Positions 1 through 6,985 of a DNA stretch of 32,000 nt are shown here, piece by piece; position 1 is the first letter of the stretch; each line of letters starts with the position of its first letter. Below the pieces are notes generated by a model. It worked only from the letters and a program-made list of their open reading frames with translations, was not told where the DNA came from and searched no databases. The translations under genes were made by a program, and so were the position numbers. Source of the stretch: Candidatus Altimarinota bacterium (GTDB lineage: Bacteria; Patescibacteriota; Gracilibacteria; UBA1369); contig JBAZYK010000001.1 in the NCBI GenBank assembly GCA_041659405.1, positions 1 through 32,000 on the forward strand. Direction: 5' to 3'.

Positions 1-316
1 TGTGGAACATACTTTGGCTGGTCAGAGGCAGTACCGGGGCGATGGTGTTTGCGGAGGAAGTTTATGTGCGTAAATAACACAGGTATCCTCGTGCATCACC
101 AGATTGTAATTAAATTACCCGAAATTCGGGGTAAAGACAAATTTATGAGAAGTTCACTTTTAACAATCATAATGTCTGTTGTTTTTAAAATAATCTTCTG
201 ATAGAGTCGGGCCAGATGGTTAAATAGCCTTGTAAAAATGCATTTTTCCACAATTGCCATCGCAGGGGGACAAAATCCTGATGAGTTCATTAATCCGTTA
301 AGTACTCCGGTTTATC

Positions 317-862
317 ATGGACTTTTTTGAAACAATTAAAAAAAGGAGGACCATCAGAAATTATGAATGGAAAAAGATTCCATTTTCTTCCATAAAAAAA
401 ATAATCCTTGCAGGCGGGATGGCTCCATCCGCAATGAATAAACAGCCCTGGCGTATTGTTGTAATTGATGACCCGAAAGTTAAAGAATCTATCCGGAAAA
501 TATATGAAAATGCCAGAAAAGAATTAAATTATTATGAACAGGATACCTCATTTATTACAAACGGAACTTTGATACTTGTTTGTTCCGAATCGCATGATAA
601 AGCCATGGAATATTCGTGTGCCATGGCCGCGGAAAATATGTTATTGGCGGCAACGGCATTGGGTTTGGGAAGTGGGGTTTCCATTGCAATTTTTCAATCG
701 GAAAAAGGAGAAAAAGCGATGAGAAAACTTTTAAAAATTCCGGAGGCTTATTGTCCAATGTTGCTTTTAACAGTCGGGGCAGAGAAAAAAGGTGAGATTA
801 AGCATAAGCCAAAAGAGGTCAAATTAACAATTCACAAAAACAAATTTGGGAGAAATGGTTAA
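317..862 (+). CDS. nitroreductase-family FMN oxidoreductase
   Basis: 181-aa ORF. The N-terminal RRTIRNY and APSAMNKQPWRIVVI motifs are typical of the nitroreductase fold. Confidence 0.8.
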   Translation: MDFFETIKKRRTIRNYEWKKIPFSSIKKIILAGGMAPSAMNKQPWRIVVIDDPKVKESIRKIYENARKELNYYEQDTSFITNGTLILVCSESHDKAMEYSCAMAAENMLLAATALGLGSGVSIAIFQSEKGEKAMRKLLKIPEAYCPMLLLTVGAEKKGEIKHKPKEVKLTIHKNKFGRNG

Positions 863-876
863 CTAAGATTTTCCGC

Positions 877-1320
877 TTAGACCTTTTCCAAATTCGAAAT
901 TTCTTCAAAAAAATTAAGTAGAAAAATTATTCCATAAATGATCCGTTCTTCACAAATATTATTGATTTGATCGGGCTTAAATCCTTCAGGCCTGATATTT
1001 CTACACAATAGGTTGCCATATTCATTTTCAAATTTTTTGGTAAGTTTATACGCCAGAATCTGGAGAGGATCTCTGGGTTGTTTTGAATCAGCCCGGCCAC
1101 ATAGTAGAGATAAAATCAGCAGACCTGCTTCCAAAATGCCACATTGTGCGCCTGCTCTACCGCCTCCATTCATGGCTGAGGAGATTTTTTTTGCCACTAT
1201 TGGTAATTTGATTTTCAAATTATTTGCGACTGTCCTGACGACAACTTCTCCGCAATTATAATCCTGTTTAAGCAGCTTTAGAGCATATTTCCTGATATTT
1301 TTTTCATTAATTTTATTCAT
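877..1320 (-). CDS. C_GCAxxG_C_C family (putative redox-active) protein
   Basis: 147-aa ORF with YNCGE near the N-terminus, GGGRAGAQCGILEAG in the centre and later Cys residues. This matches the C-GCAxxG-C-C pattern. Confidence 0.6.
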   Translation of the reverse strand: MNKINEKNIRKYALKLLKQDYNCGEVVVRTVANNLKIKLPIVAKKISSAMNGGGRAGAQCGILEAGLLILSLLCGRADSKQPRDPLQILAYKLTKKFENEYGNLLCRNIRPEGFKPDQINNICEERIIYGIIFLLNFFEEISNLEKV

Positions 1321-1398
1321 GGGTGTGGTTAGAGTTCCCGCCCTATTCTACCACTATCTACTCCTGAATCAGAGCTGCAATCTACACCTACCGTGCTA

Positions 1399-1426
1399 TT
1401 GAAGTGTCATGGTCATGGAGTACAAT
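1399..1426 (+). promoter_or_regulatory. sigma70-like promoter TTGAAG-16 nt-TACAAT (copy 1)
   Basis: TTGAAG at 1399-1404 and TACAAT at 1421-1426, 32 nt upstream of the ATG at 1459. Confidence 0.5.
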
Positions 1427-1429
1427 GCA

Positions 1430-1444
1430 ATCACAAATTGTGAT
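1430..1444. promoter_or_regulatory. perfect 7-1-7 palindrome ATCACAA-A-TTGTGAT (putative operator, copy 1)
   Basis: Exact inverted repeat starting 4 nt after the -10 hexamer. It is duplicated at 2381-2395. Confidence 0.45.
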
Positions 1445-1458
1445 CATAAATCAGAAAA

Positions 1459-1872
1459 ATGACAAAAAAAATAGTTGCGATTGGTGGTGGAGAAATAGCC
1501 AAACATGAAACATTGGCGATTGATAAAAGAATCATAAAACTTACGGGGGAAAAGCACCCAAAAGTACTTTTTATACCAACCGCGAGCTCTGAATTAAGTC
1601 ACTTTGTTTATTCCGAGGGGGAAAAAGTGATTCTTGATTCTGCAATTGCAAACCGAGGCGTATTTGGCGGCAGGTTGGAAATTATTTATAGCGCAGATAA
1701 TGGAATTGTTCTTGCAGATAATTCATCTATTTACGTACTCGGAAGTAATGTTAATTTTACATGTCCTTTCGCCTTTCAAAATTTTGGTATCCTTGGAAGA
1801 GCAATCAACGTTGATAGAATGTTAAGTTCGAATGCAGTGGTGAAAAAAATGTTATGGAGAAGTCATTTTTAA
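1459..1872 (+). pseudogene. chimeric ORF: first 45 codons of the S51 peptidase fused to 92 unrelated codons
   Basis: The N-terminus MTKKIVAIGGGEI...LFIPTASS is near-identical to the 2410 gene. Similarity stops at nt 1592, and the GISAGA catalytic region is absent. Confidence 0.6.
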
Positions 1873-2330
1873 AACTAATAGACGGTTCCTTTAGCCGAAC
1901 TGTTTTACCTTCATTAATAACAATAGAAATAGTCAAAAATAAAATTCAACTAAAACATTATTGTTTGCTCAAAGCGAAATTTTTGTTTGAGGAGGGAGGT
2001 AGTAAAGTTAATGAAAATAAACTGTATTCTGGCTTGCAATCTTCGTATTCAAGCGTCATTCCAGCGATAATGTATTTTGAAAATATTCCAATTGGCATCG
2101 TAAATTCAAATTTTAATAGTGAAAAAAGTGCCATGATAAATATGTTGTTCATTGACAATACCTTCAGATCGAACGGTTATGGGAAATTGCTTCTGGCTTG
2201 GTATATCGCAGAACTGCAAAAAATATCGGTAGATATATATCTTTTTTTCTCACCCTCCAATATTCCAGCTCAAAGACTATACAGTCGTCTCGGATTTAAA
2301 AAAATCGAAGAATGGAAGATGGTTGTGTAA
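1854..2330 (+). CDS. GNAT-family N-acetyltransferase
   Basis: 158-aa ORF with the acetyl-CoA motif FRSNGYGKLLLAWYI and a C-terminal NIPAQRLYSRLGFKK. Its start overlaps the end of the chimeric ORF. Confidence 0.75.
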   Translation: MEKSFLKLIDGSFSRTVLPSLITIEIVKNKIQLKHYCLLKAKFLFEEGGSKVNENKLYSGLQSSYSSVIPAIMYFENIPIGIVNSNFNSEKSAMINMLFIDNTFRSNGYGKLLLAWYIAELQKISVDIYLFFSPSNIPAQRLYSRLGFKKIEEWKMVV

Positions 2331-2349
2331 TGGTGCCACTACCGTGCTA

Positions 2350-2377
2350 TTGAAGTGTCATGGTCATAGGGTACAAT
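2350..2377 (+). promoter_or_regulatory. sigma70-like promoter TTGAAG-16 nt-TACAAT (copy 2)
   Basis: Identical hexamers at 2350-2355 and 2372-2377. Confidence 0.5.
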
Positions 2378-2380
2378 GCA

Positions 2381-2395
2381 ATCACAAATTGTGAT
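2381..2395. promoter_or_regulatory. perfect palindrome ATCACAAATTGTGAT (putative operator, copy 2)
   Basis: Exact copy of 1430-1444. Confidence 0.45.
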
Positions 2396-2409
2396 CATAA
2401 ATCAGAAAA

Positions 2410-3162
2410 ATGACAAAAAAAATAGTTGCGATTGGTGGTGGAGAAATAAGCAAACATGAGACATTGAAGATTGATAAAAGAATCATAAAACTTACGGGGA
2501 AAAAGCGCCCAAAAGTACTTTTTATACCAACCGCGAGCTCTGATGACGAATCGTATTGTCAGAAAGTTTTTAAATATTATGGGAAAGAACTGGGCTGCAA
2601 GGTATCTGTCTTGTGTCTATGTTCCGACATAGTCTCAAAAAAAGAAATCAGAAACCGCATTCTGGGAGCAGACATTATTTACGTTGGCGGAGGAAATACC
2701 TTAAAAATGATGAAAATTTGGCGCAAACTTGGCGTTGATAAGCTCCTTAAAAAGGCCTGGGAAAACGGGATCGTGTTATGTGGGATTAGTGCTGGCGCTA
2801 TATGCTGGTTCGAGAGTGGACACAGCGATTCCATGTCATTCTACAATCCAAAAAAATGGAAATATATTAACGTTCGTGGCCTTGGCTTCCTAAAAGGTAC
2901 CATGTGTCCGCATTATAATGACGGAACCAATGGTGTCCCACGAGAGAAAAAATTCAAAGAAATGATCAAGAAAAATGGAGGCATGGGTATAGCCATTGAT
3001 GAAGGTTGCGCGATAGAATTTACCGATAATTCATATAAAATTATAAGTAATAAGGCTGGTTCTGGTGCTTACAGAGTTTTTAGAAAAACCGGGAAGGTGG
3101 TTTCGGAACAAATGGAGGATTGTGATCCCTACAGTCCTTTAGCTATCACGTCAAGAGAATGA
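2410..3162 (+). CDS. peptidase S51 family (dipeptidase E / cyanophycinase-like)
   Basis: 250-aa ORF with IYVGGGNT and the CGISAGA nucleophile-elbow motif. The architecture resembles a type 1 glutamine amidotransferase-like fold. Confidence 0.75.
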   Translation: MTKKIVAIGGGEISKHETLKIDKRIIKLTGKKRPKVLFIPTASSDDESYCQKVFKYYGKELGCKVSVLCLCSDIVSKKEIRNRILGADIIYVGGGNTLKMMKIWRKLGVDKLLKKAWENGIVLCGISAGAICWFESGHSDSMSFYNPKKWKYINVRGLGFLKGTMCPHYNDGTNGVPREKKFKEMIKKNGGMGIAIDEGCAIEFTDNSYKIISNKAGSGAYRVFRKTGKVVSEQMEDCDPYSPLAITSRE

Positions 3163-3872
3163 CAGATACGCAAAACTATCCCCTTTTTTGTCTGATTTTT
3201 CGTAAATGATTCGAGAAAACGATTTTTTTGACTTTGATATAATGATTTTGATTTATCCTGGAAGAAAAATTCGAGTGCGCCATACATTTCTTCGGGATCT
3301 TTTGCGGTTATATGGGTCTCGAAAATATTTTTTTTATATGCATATTTTTTCTCATCCAGGAATTCATACCAATAATCTTTAAGTTCGTCATTGCTTTTGC
3401 TGATTGGCTGATGTGCAGTCCAAATATTAAAATCGACATAGATGTTGTCGTACGGCGTGTCATTGATCGTATCGATCACAAAAATCTTGCCTCCCGTGTT
3501 CAATAAGCCAAAAAGATGATCCATAAGTGCTTCCCATCGCTCCATGGGGATCTCCCAAAAAACGTATGCGGCAATAATCAGATCAAACTTTTGCTCCTGT
3601 TTAAAAGCAAAAACATCTGTCTTAATAAATGTTACAGGATTTTTAGAATTAGGGGACGCAACAAAAGAATTCTTAAGATCGATTGCGGTTACTTTATGGC
3701 CCAGGTCAGCCATAGCATTACTAATCAAACCCGTTCCGCATCCAACATCTAAAATACGGGATGGGACAGGAAAATTTGTTGACTGCTGTACTATTTTTTT
3801 AGCAACGACCTGCTTCTCATCACTATGATTTATGTACCGCTGCAAAAGTTCCTGGTATTGGGTGATGTTCAT
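3129..3872 (-). CDS. class I SAM-dependent methyltransferase
   Basis: 247-aa ORF with motif I ILDVGCGTGLIS and motif II-like FDLIIAAYVF. Confidence 0.8.
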   Translation of the reverse strand: MNITQYQELLQRYINHSDEKQVVAKKIVQQSTNFPVPSRILDVGCGTGLISNAMADLGHKVTAIDLKNSFVASPNSKNPVTFIKTDVFAFKQEQKFDLIIAAYVFWEIPMERWEALMDHLFGLLNTGGKIFVIDTINDTPYDNIYVDFNIWTAHQPISKSNDELKDYWYEFLDEKKYAYKKNIFETHITAKDPEEMYGALEFFFQDKSKSLYQSQKNRFLESFTKNQTKKGIVLRICHSLDVIAKGL

Positions 3873-4022
3873 GTAATAACATTAATCCTGTATGGACAAA
3901 AATAAAATAAAAAAAAGCATTATTAGAAGCTCCTTTGGATCACTACACCACCTAGTAACCGAAAGTTGTTTTTTACTGTCTGAAAGCTGATAATTAGCAG
4001 GTAATCTCTTAATTATTTTCAC

Positions 4023-4409
4023 ATGCCGGTTATCAAAATTGATTTTATTGAAGGGCAGATTAATGGCGAGCAGAAGGGCGAATTGATTGAAAAGATCACG
4101 AAAAGCGTTTGTGAAATTGCCAAATGTTCGCAAGAAGTTGTGACGATTATTATTAATGACGTGGCTAAAGGCAATTGGGGATCTGTTGGGAAACAAACTG
4201 AAAAACCTTTGTATCATCCGATTGTAAGTATCGATATGCTTGATGGAAAAACCGCCGAGCAAAAACGCGCTTTGATTGAAGCAATTACGAATGATCTTTG
4301 CGAAATTTCTCGATGTGATCGCAAGGGAGTGGTTATTATTTTCCACGATATTTCGCGGGATGACTGGGGCTCCGGTGGCTTACCCAAGAGCGCAACCGTG
4401 CAAAAATAG
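4023..4409 (+). CDS. tandem-domain tautomerase (4-oxalocrotonate tautomerase superfamily)
   Basis: 128 aa beginning MP(V)IKIDF, which supplies the catalytic Pro1. A second 4-OT-like unit, PIVSIDMLDGKTAEQKRALIEAIT, repeats the pattern of the first (EGQINGEQKGELIEKIT). Confidence 0.7.
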   Translation: MPVIKIDFIEGQINGEQKGELIEKITKSVCEIAKCSQEVVTIIINDVAKGNWGSVGKQTEKPLYHPIVSIDMLDGKTAEQKRALIEAITNDLCEISRCDRKGVVIIFHDISRDDWGSGGLPKSATVQK

Positions 4410-4431
4410 GCTGGGCGAATACAGATCCAGC

Positions 4432-4460
4432 TTGTCGATTTTCACCTTTATGGTTACAAT
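4432..4460 (+). promoter_or_regulatory. sigma70-like promoter TTGTCG-17 nt-TACAAT for the first pilin operon
   Basis: Hexamers at 4432-4437 and 4455-4460. The ATG at 4467 lies 7 nt after the -10, so the transcript may be leaderless. Confidence 0.45.
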
Positions 4461-4466
4461 TGACGC

Positions 4467-5177
4467 ATGCAAAAACAAAATAAAACCAAAAGTGACTCTA
4501 TGCCGATCGGGCGAAAAAAGATTTCGGCTTTTACCCTGGTGGAAATTATGATTGTTCTGGCAATCACCATGTTTTTGCTGACGATTGCTCTGCAGTCTGC
4601 CTGGGGATCAAGCGCTCAACTTAATTTTATTAATTCAACTAATAAGGTTATTGATATGATCCGTGAGGCGCGCAGTCTGGCGCTCGCGGGAAAGACGCAG
4701 TTGGATTATACGAATTTTCTGGGCACAGATTGCCCCACCTGTCTCATCACTCCGGCTGGATACGGAGTTGCTTTCGAGCATTATTCTGACCCTACAATAC
4801 CTGATCAAGCCATCTTATTTGTCGATAATCATAGTCTCTTTGGGGGTGAAGGAACTTATGTTGAGGACAATTTGGCAAATTATAATGCAGGAACAGACAT
4901 CGTCTTGGAAAAATTCGTTTTACCAAAAGGGATTTTCTTTAATGGGAATGGTATTTTAGCCTTTGGACAAAATGATTCTAAAAGATCAACTATCATCTAT
5001 ACTGCTGTTTTTGCAGATGTTATTTTCGATCCACCAACGATTGTTCCTTCACTATCCAATCTTCTCACCTTTGGCTTAACACAGAGTGGATCTGTCCCCC
5101 GCAGCGCCTGTTTTCAAATCCATAAAGTTTCCGGACTTCCTACTCCAACAGATAACGCTACTTGCTCCTCTACTTAA
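4467..5177 (+). CDS. pilin-like protein (prepilin-type N-terminal domain)
   Basis: A basic leader followed by ISA|FTLVEIMIVLAITMFLL, which places Glu at +5 before a hydrophobic helix. Confidence 0.7.
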   Translation: MQKQNKTKSDSMPIGRKKISAFTLVEIMIVLAITMFLLTIALQSAWGSSAQLNFINSTNKVIDMIREARSLALAGKTQLDYTNFLGTDCPTCLITPAGYGVAFEHYSDPTIPDQAILFVDNHSLFGGEGTYVEDNLANYNAGTDIVLEKFVLPKGIFFNGNGILAFGQNDSKRSTIIYTAVFADVIFDPPTIVPSLSNLLTFGLTQSGSVPRSACFQIHKVSGLPTPTDNATCSST

Positions 5178-5797
5178 TGAAAAAATTTCGTTTCACAAAA
5201 AGGCCGGCAGAATCTTTGATTGAAGTTGTTATTGCAATCTTTGTGGTATCTCTTGCTGCGGGAACTGCATCAACCCTGATCGTGAGCGCCCTGCAATCAA
5301 ACAGTTTTAGCCGCGACAACCTGATTGCGCTTAATCTTGCGGATGAAGGCCTTGAAGCAATGCGCGATATTCGTGATATCAATTGGTTAAAATTCAGTTT
5401 CGATAGTAAAAGCTGTTGGGATATTATGTCGAACGAAACGACCTGCAATTTAAACAACCATATTACTGATGGGCTTTATTCGGTTCATTTAAATCAAGAT
5501 TATGCTTGGCAGCTTGATATATTAAATCAATCTACCCCGCTTCCGCTCAATATCATTTCGAGTGGGAGTAACCCACCAATCAAAATTTATAGTTCTGATT
5601 TGCTGCTCAATGAAAATCCTGCGATTTTTTCGAAATTTGATACGACTAATCCTTTTTACGGTCGATTTTCACGGGTAATTCAAATCACACATTTAGGCCC
5701 CAATAAAATGCAGGTTACTTCAAATGTTCAGTGGACTGCACAGGGGGTAATACATACCGTAAGTCATTCTTCTTTTCTCACTAATTATCAAATGTAA
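5177..5797 (+). CDS. pilin-like protein with atypical leader
   Basis: MKKFRFTKRPA|ESLIEVVIAIFVVSL. The start is placed at the ATG overlapping the upstream stop (TAATG). Confidence 0.6.
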   Translation: MKKFRFTKRPAESLIEVVIAIFVVSLAAGTASTLIVSALQSNSFSRDNLIALNLADEGLEAMRDIRDINWLKFSFDSKSCWDIMSNETTCNLNNHITDGLYSVHLNQDYAWQLDILNQSTPLPLNIISSGSNPPIKIYSSDLLLNENPAIFSKFDTTNPFYGRFSRVIQITHLGPNKMQVTSNVQWTAQGVIHTVSHSSFLTNYQM

Positions 5798-6855
5798 TGA
5801 TTAAAGCTTTTCTAAAAATCAGGCAGAAAATCGCTCAAAAAAAAGGTTTTACTTTGGTTGAGGTTTTGTTGGCCAGTTTTATTTTTACAATTGTTGGATT
5901 GATTGCGGTGACTATTTTTGTGAATGTTTTGCGCATTCAGAAGCGCATTTCTTTGGAAAATTCTTTATATGAAGATGCCCGTTTTATGATGGAGCGCATC
6001 AGTCGTGAAATTCGTGCGAATGCCGTTGATTACGAAGAATATTACAATAAATTGGTGGCTACTGATAAGACTTATGGTGAAACTTATGGTTGTTATGCTA
6101 ATAGGTTTTATCAGCCGGGGGATAAGGGGAATGGTAATTTTAAATATGGCAGTCCGATTTGCAGCAATCCTCCAGCTGAACTTGGAAAACCTGACTGTAT
6201 TATTGACCAAGATTCACAAGACACTCCAACTGGCCAAAATCCTTATGCGGGTCTTCAAAAAGCTGCAGATTCCGCCAATGCTTTTTGTGATGAGAATTTA
6301 CAGTCACCGGTTGCTTGCAATTCAACTTTAAATTCACAACCGCAACTTTATCTGATCAATCCACAAGGAACAGAGAAAACAATTTTAGCGTTAAAAACAA
6401 TTACATTGGCTGATGGTAGTCCAATAAACGCGCTTTCGCTTTTACGTTTAGCCGGAAAAGATACCAATAATGATGGCATTGATGATGATTGGGCTTCCTG
6501 CTCGAGTGATTTTAATTGTCCTCAAGGTACAGCACTAGAAGACACATTAACTGCAAATATATCTGCGCCTTATATTGGCTTTGTGCCGATTAGTCCTTTG
6601 CGTTCCGACATTACTTCGCTGGAATTTATTGTAGCGCCGCTGGAGGATCCACGAAAGGCCTATGCGGAAACCACTCCTGATGTTCAACAGCAGCCGCATG
6701 TAACCGTTTTGCTGACTGTTAAACCTTCAACAACCGAGACGCAAAATTACAGTGGCGATATTCCTTCCATCACACTGCAAAGTACCGTCACCAGCCGCGT
6801 TTATAACGAGGTTAAGAGCTTTTATGGGAGGAATGATGGTGTTTGTCCGTCTTAA
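5797..6855 (+). CDS. large minor pilin / candidate tip protein
   Basis: KKG|FTLVEVLLASFIFTIVGL prepilin motif and a 352-aa Cys-rich body. The start overlaps the upstream stop (TAATG). Confidence 0.7.
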   Translation: MIKAFLKIRQKIAQKKGFTLVEVLLASFIFTIVGLIAVTIFVNVLRIQKRISLENSLYEDARFMMERISREIRANAVDYEEYYNKLVATDKTYGETYGCYANRFYQPGDKGNGNFKYGSPICSNPPAELGKPDCIIDQDSQDTPTGQNPYAGLQKAADSANAFCDENLQSPVACNSTLNSQPQLYLINPQGTEKTILALKTITLADGSPINALSLLRLAGKDTNNDGIDDDWASCSSDFNCPQGTALEDTLTANISAPYIGFVPISPLRSDITSLEFIVAPLEDPRKAYAETTPDVQQQPHVTVLLTVKPSTTETQNYSGDIPSITLQSTVTSRVYNEVKSFYGRNDGVCPS

Positions 6856-6985
6856 TTAGTACGCTAGGTGAGCATATACTCACCCATAAAACATTCCACA
6901 TTTTCGTCATCAGAATTTGCAGATTTGATGTGGATTTTTTGGCGTAGGAGAGAGAAAATCTGGATACAAACTCACATGGAATTCC

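Larger units (their letters stand above)
1388..1592 (+). repeat. direct repeat copy 1 (promoter plus first 45 codons of the peptidase-E-like gene)
   Basis: 205 nt recur at 2339-2543 with a constant offset of 951 nt. By manual alignment there are 9 mismatches and no indel. Confidence 0.9.
2339..2543 (+). repeat. direct repeat copy 2
   Basis: See copy 1. This copy continues into the intact peptidase gene. Confidence 0.9.

Noticed and set aside
1-290. Window-edge ORF fragments: all three + frames are open at the start, with frame 1 running to 201. There is also a 64-aa minus-strand ORF at 96-290 and a near-palindrome TTACCCGAAATTCGGGGTAA at 115-134.
   Set aside because: No recognisable motif is present, and the competing frames cannot be resolved without upstream sequence. 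The hairpin lies inside the minus ORF, which makes that ORF doubtful. The region is left unannotated.
3129-3162. 34-nt convergent overlap of the peptidase and methyltransferase 3' ends. A similar 4-nt overlap joins trxA and rnhA at 15585-15588.
   Set aside because: This is common in compact genomes. No extra structure was seen, so it is noted only as lack of room for terminators.
3882-4346. 154-aa minus-strand ORF
   Set aside because: It lies almost entirely antisense to the well-supported tautomerase gene and has a low-complexity, Asn/Phe-rich composition typical of shadow ORFs in AT-rich DNA.
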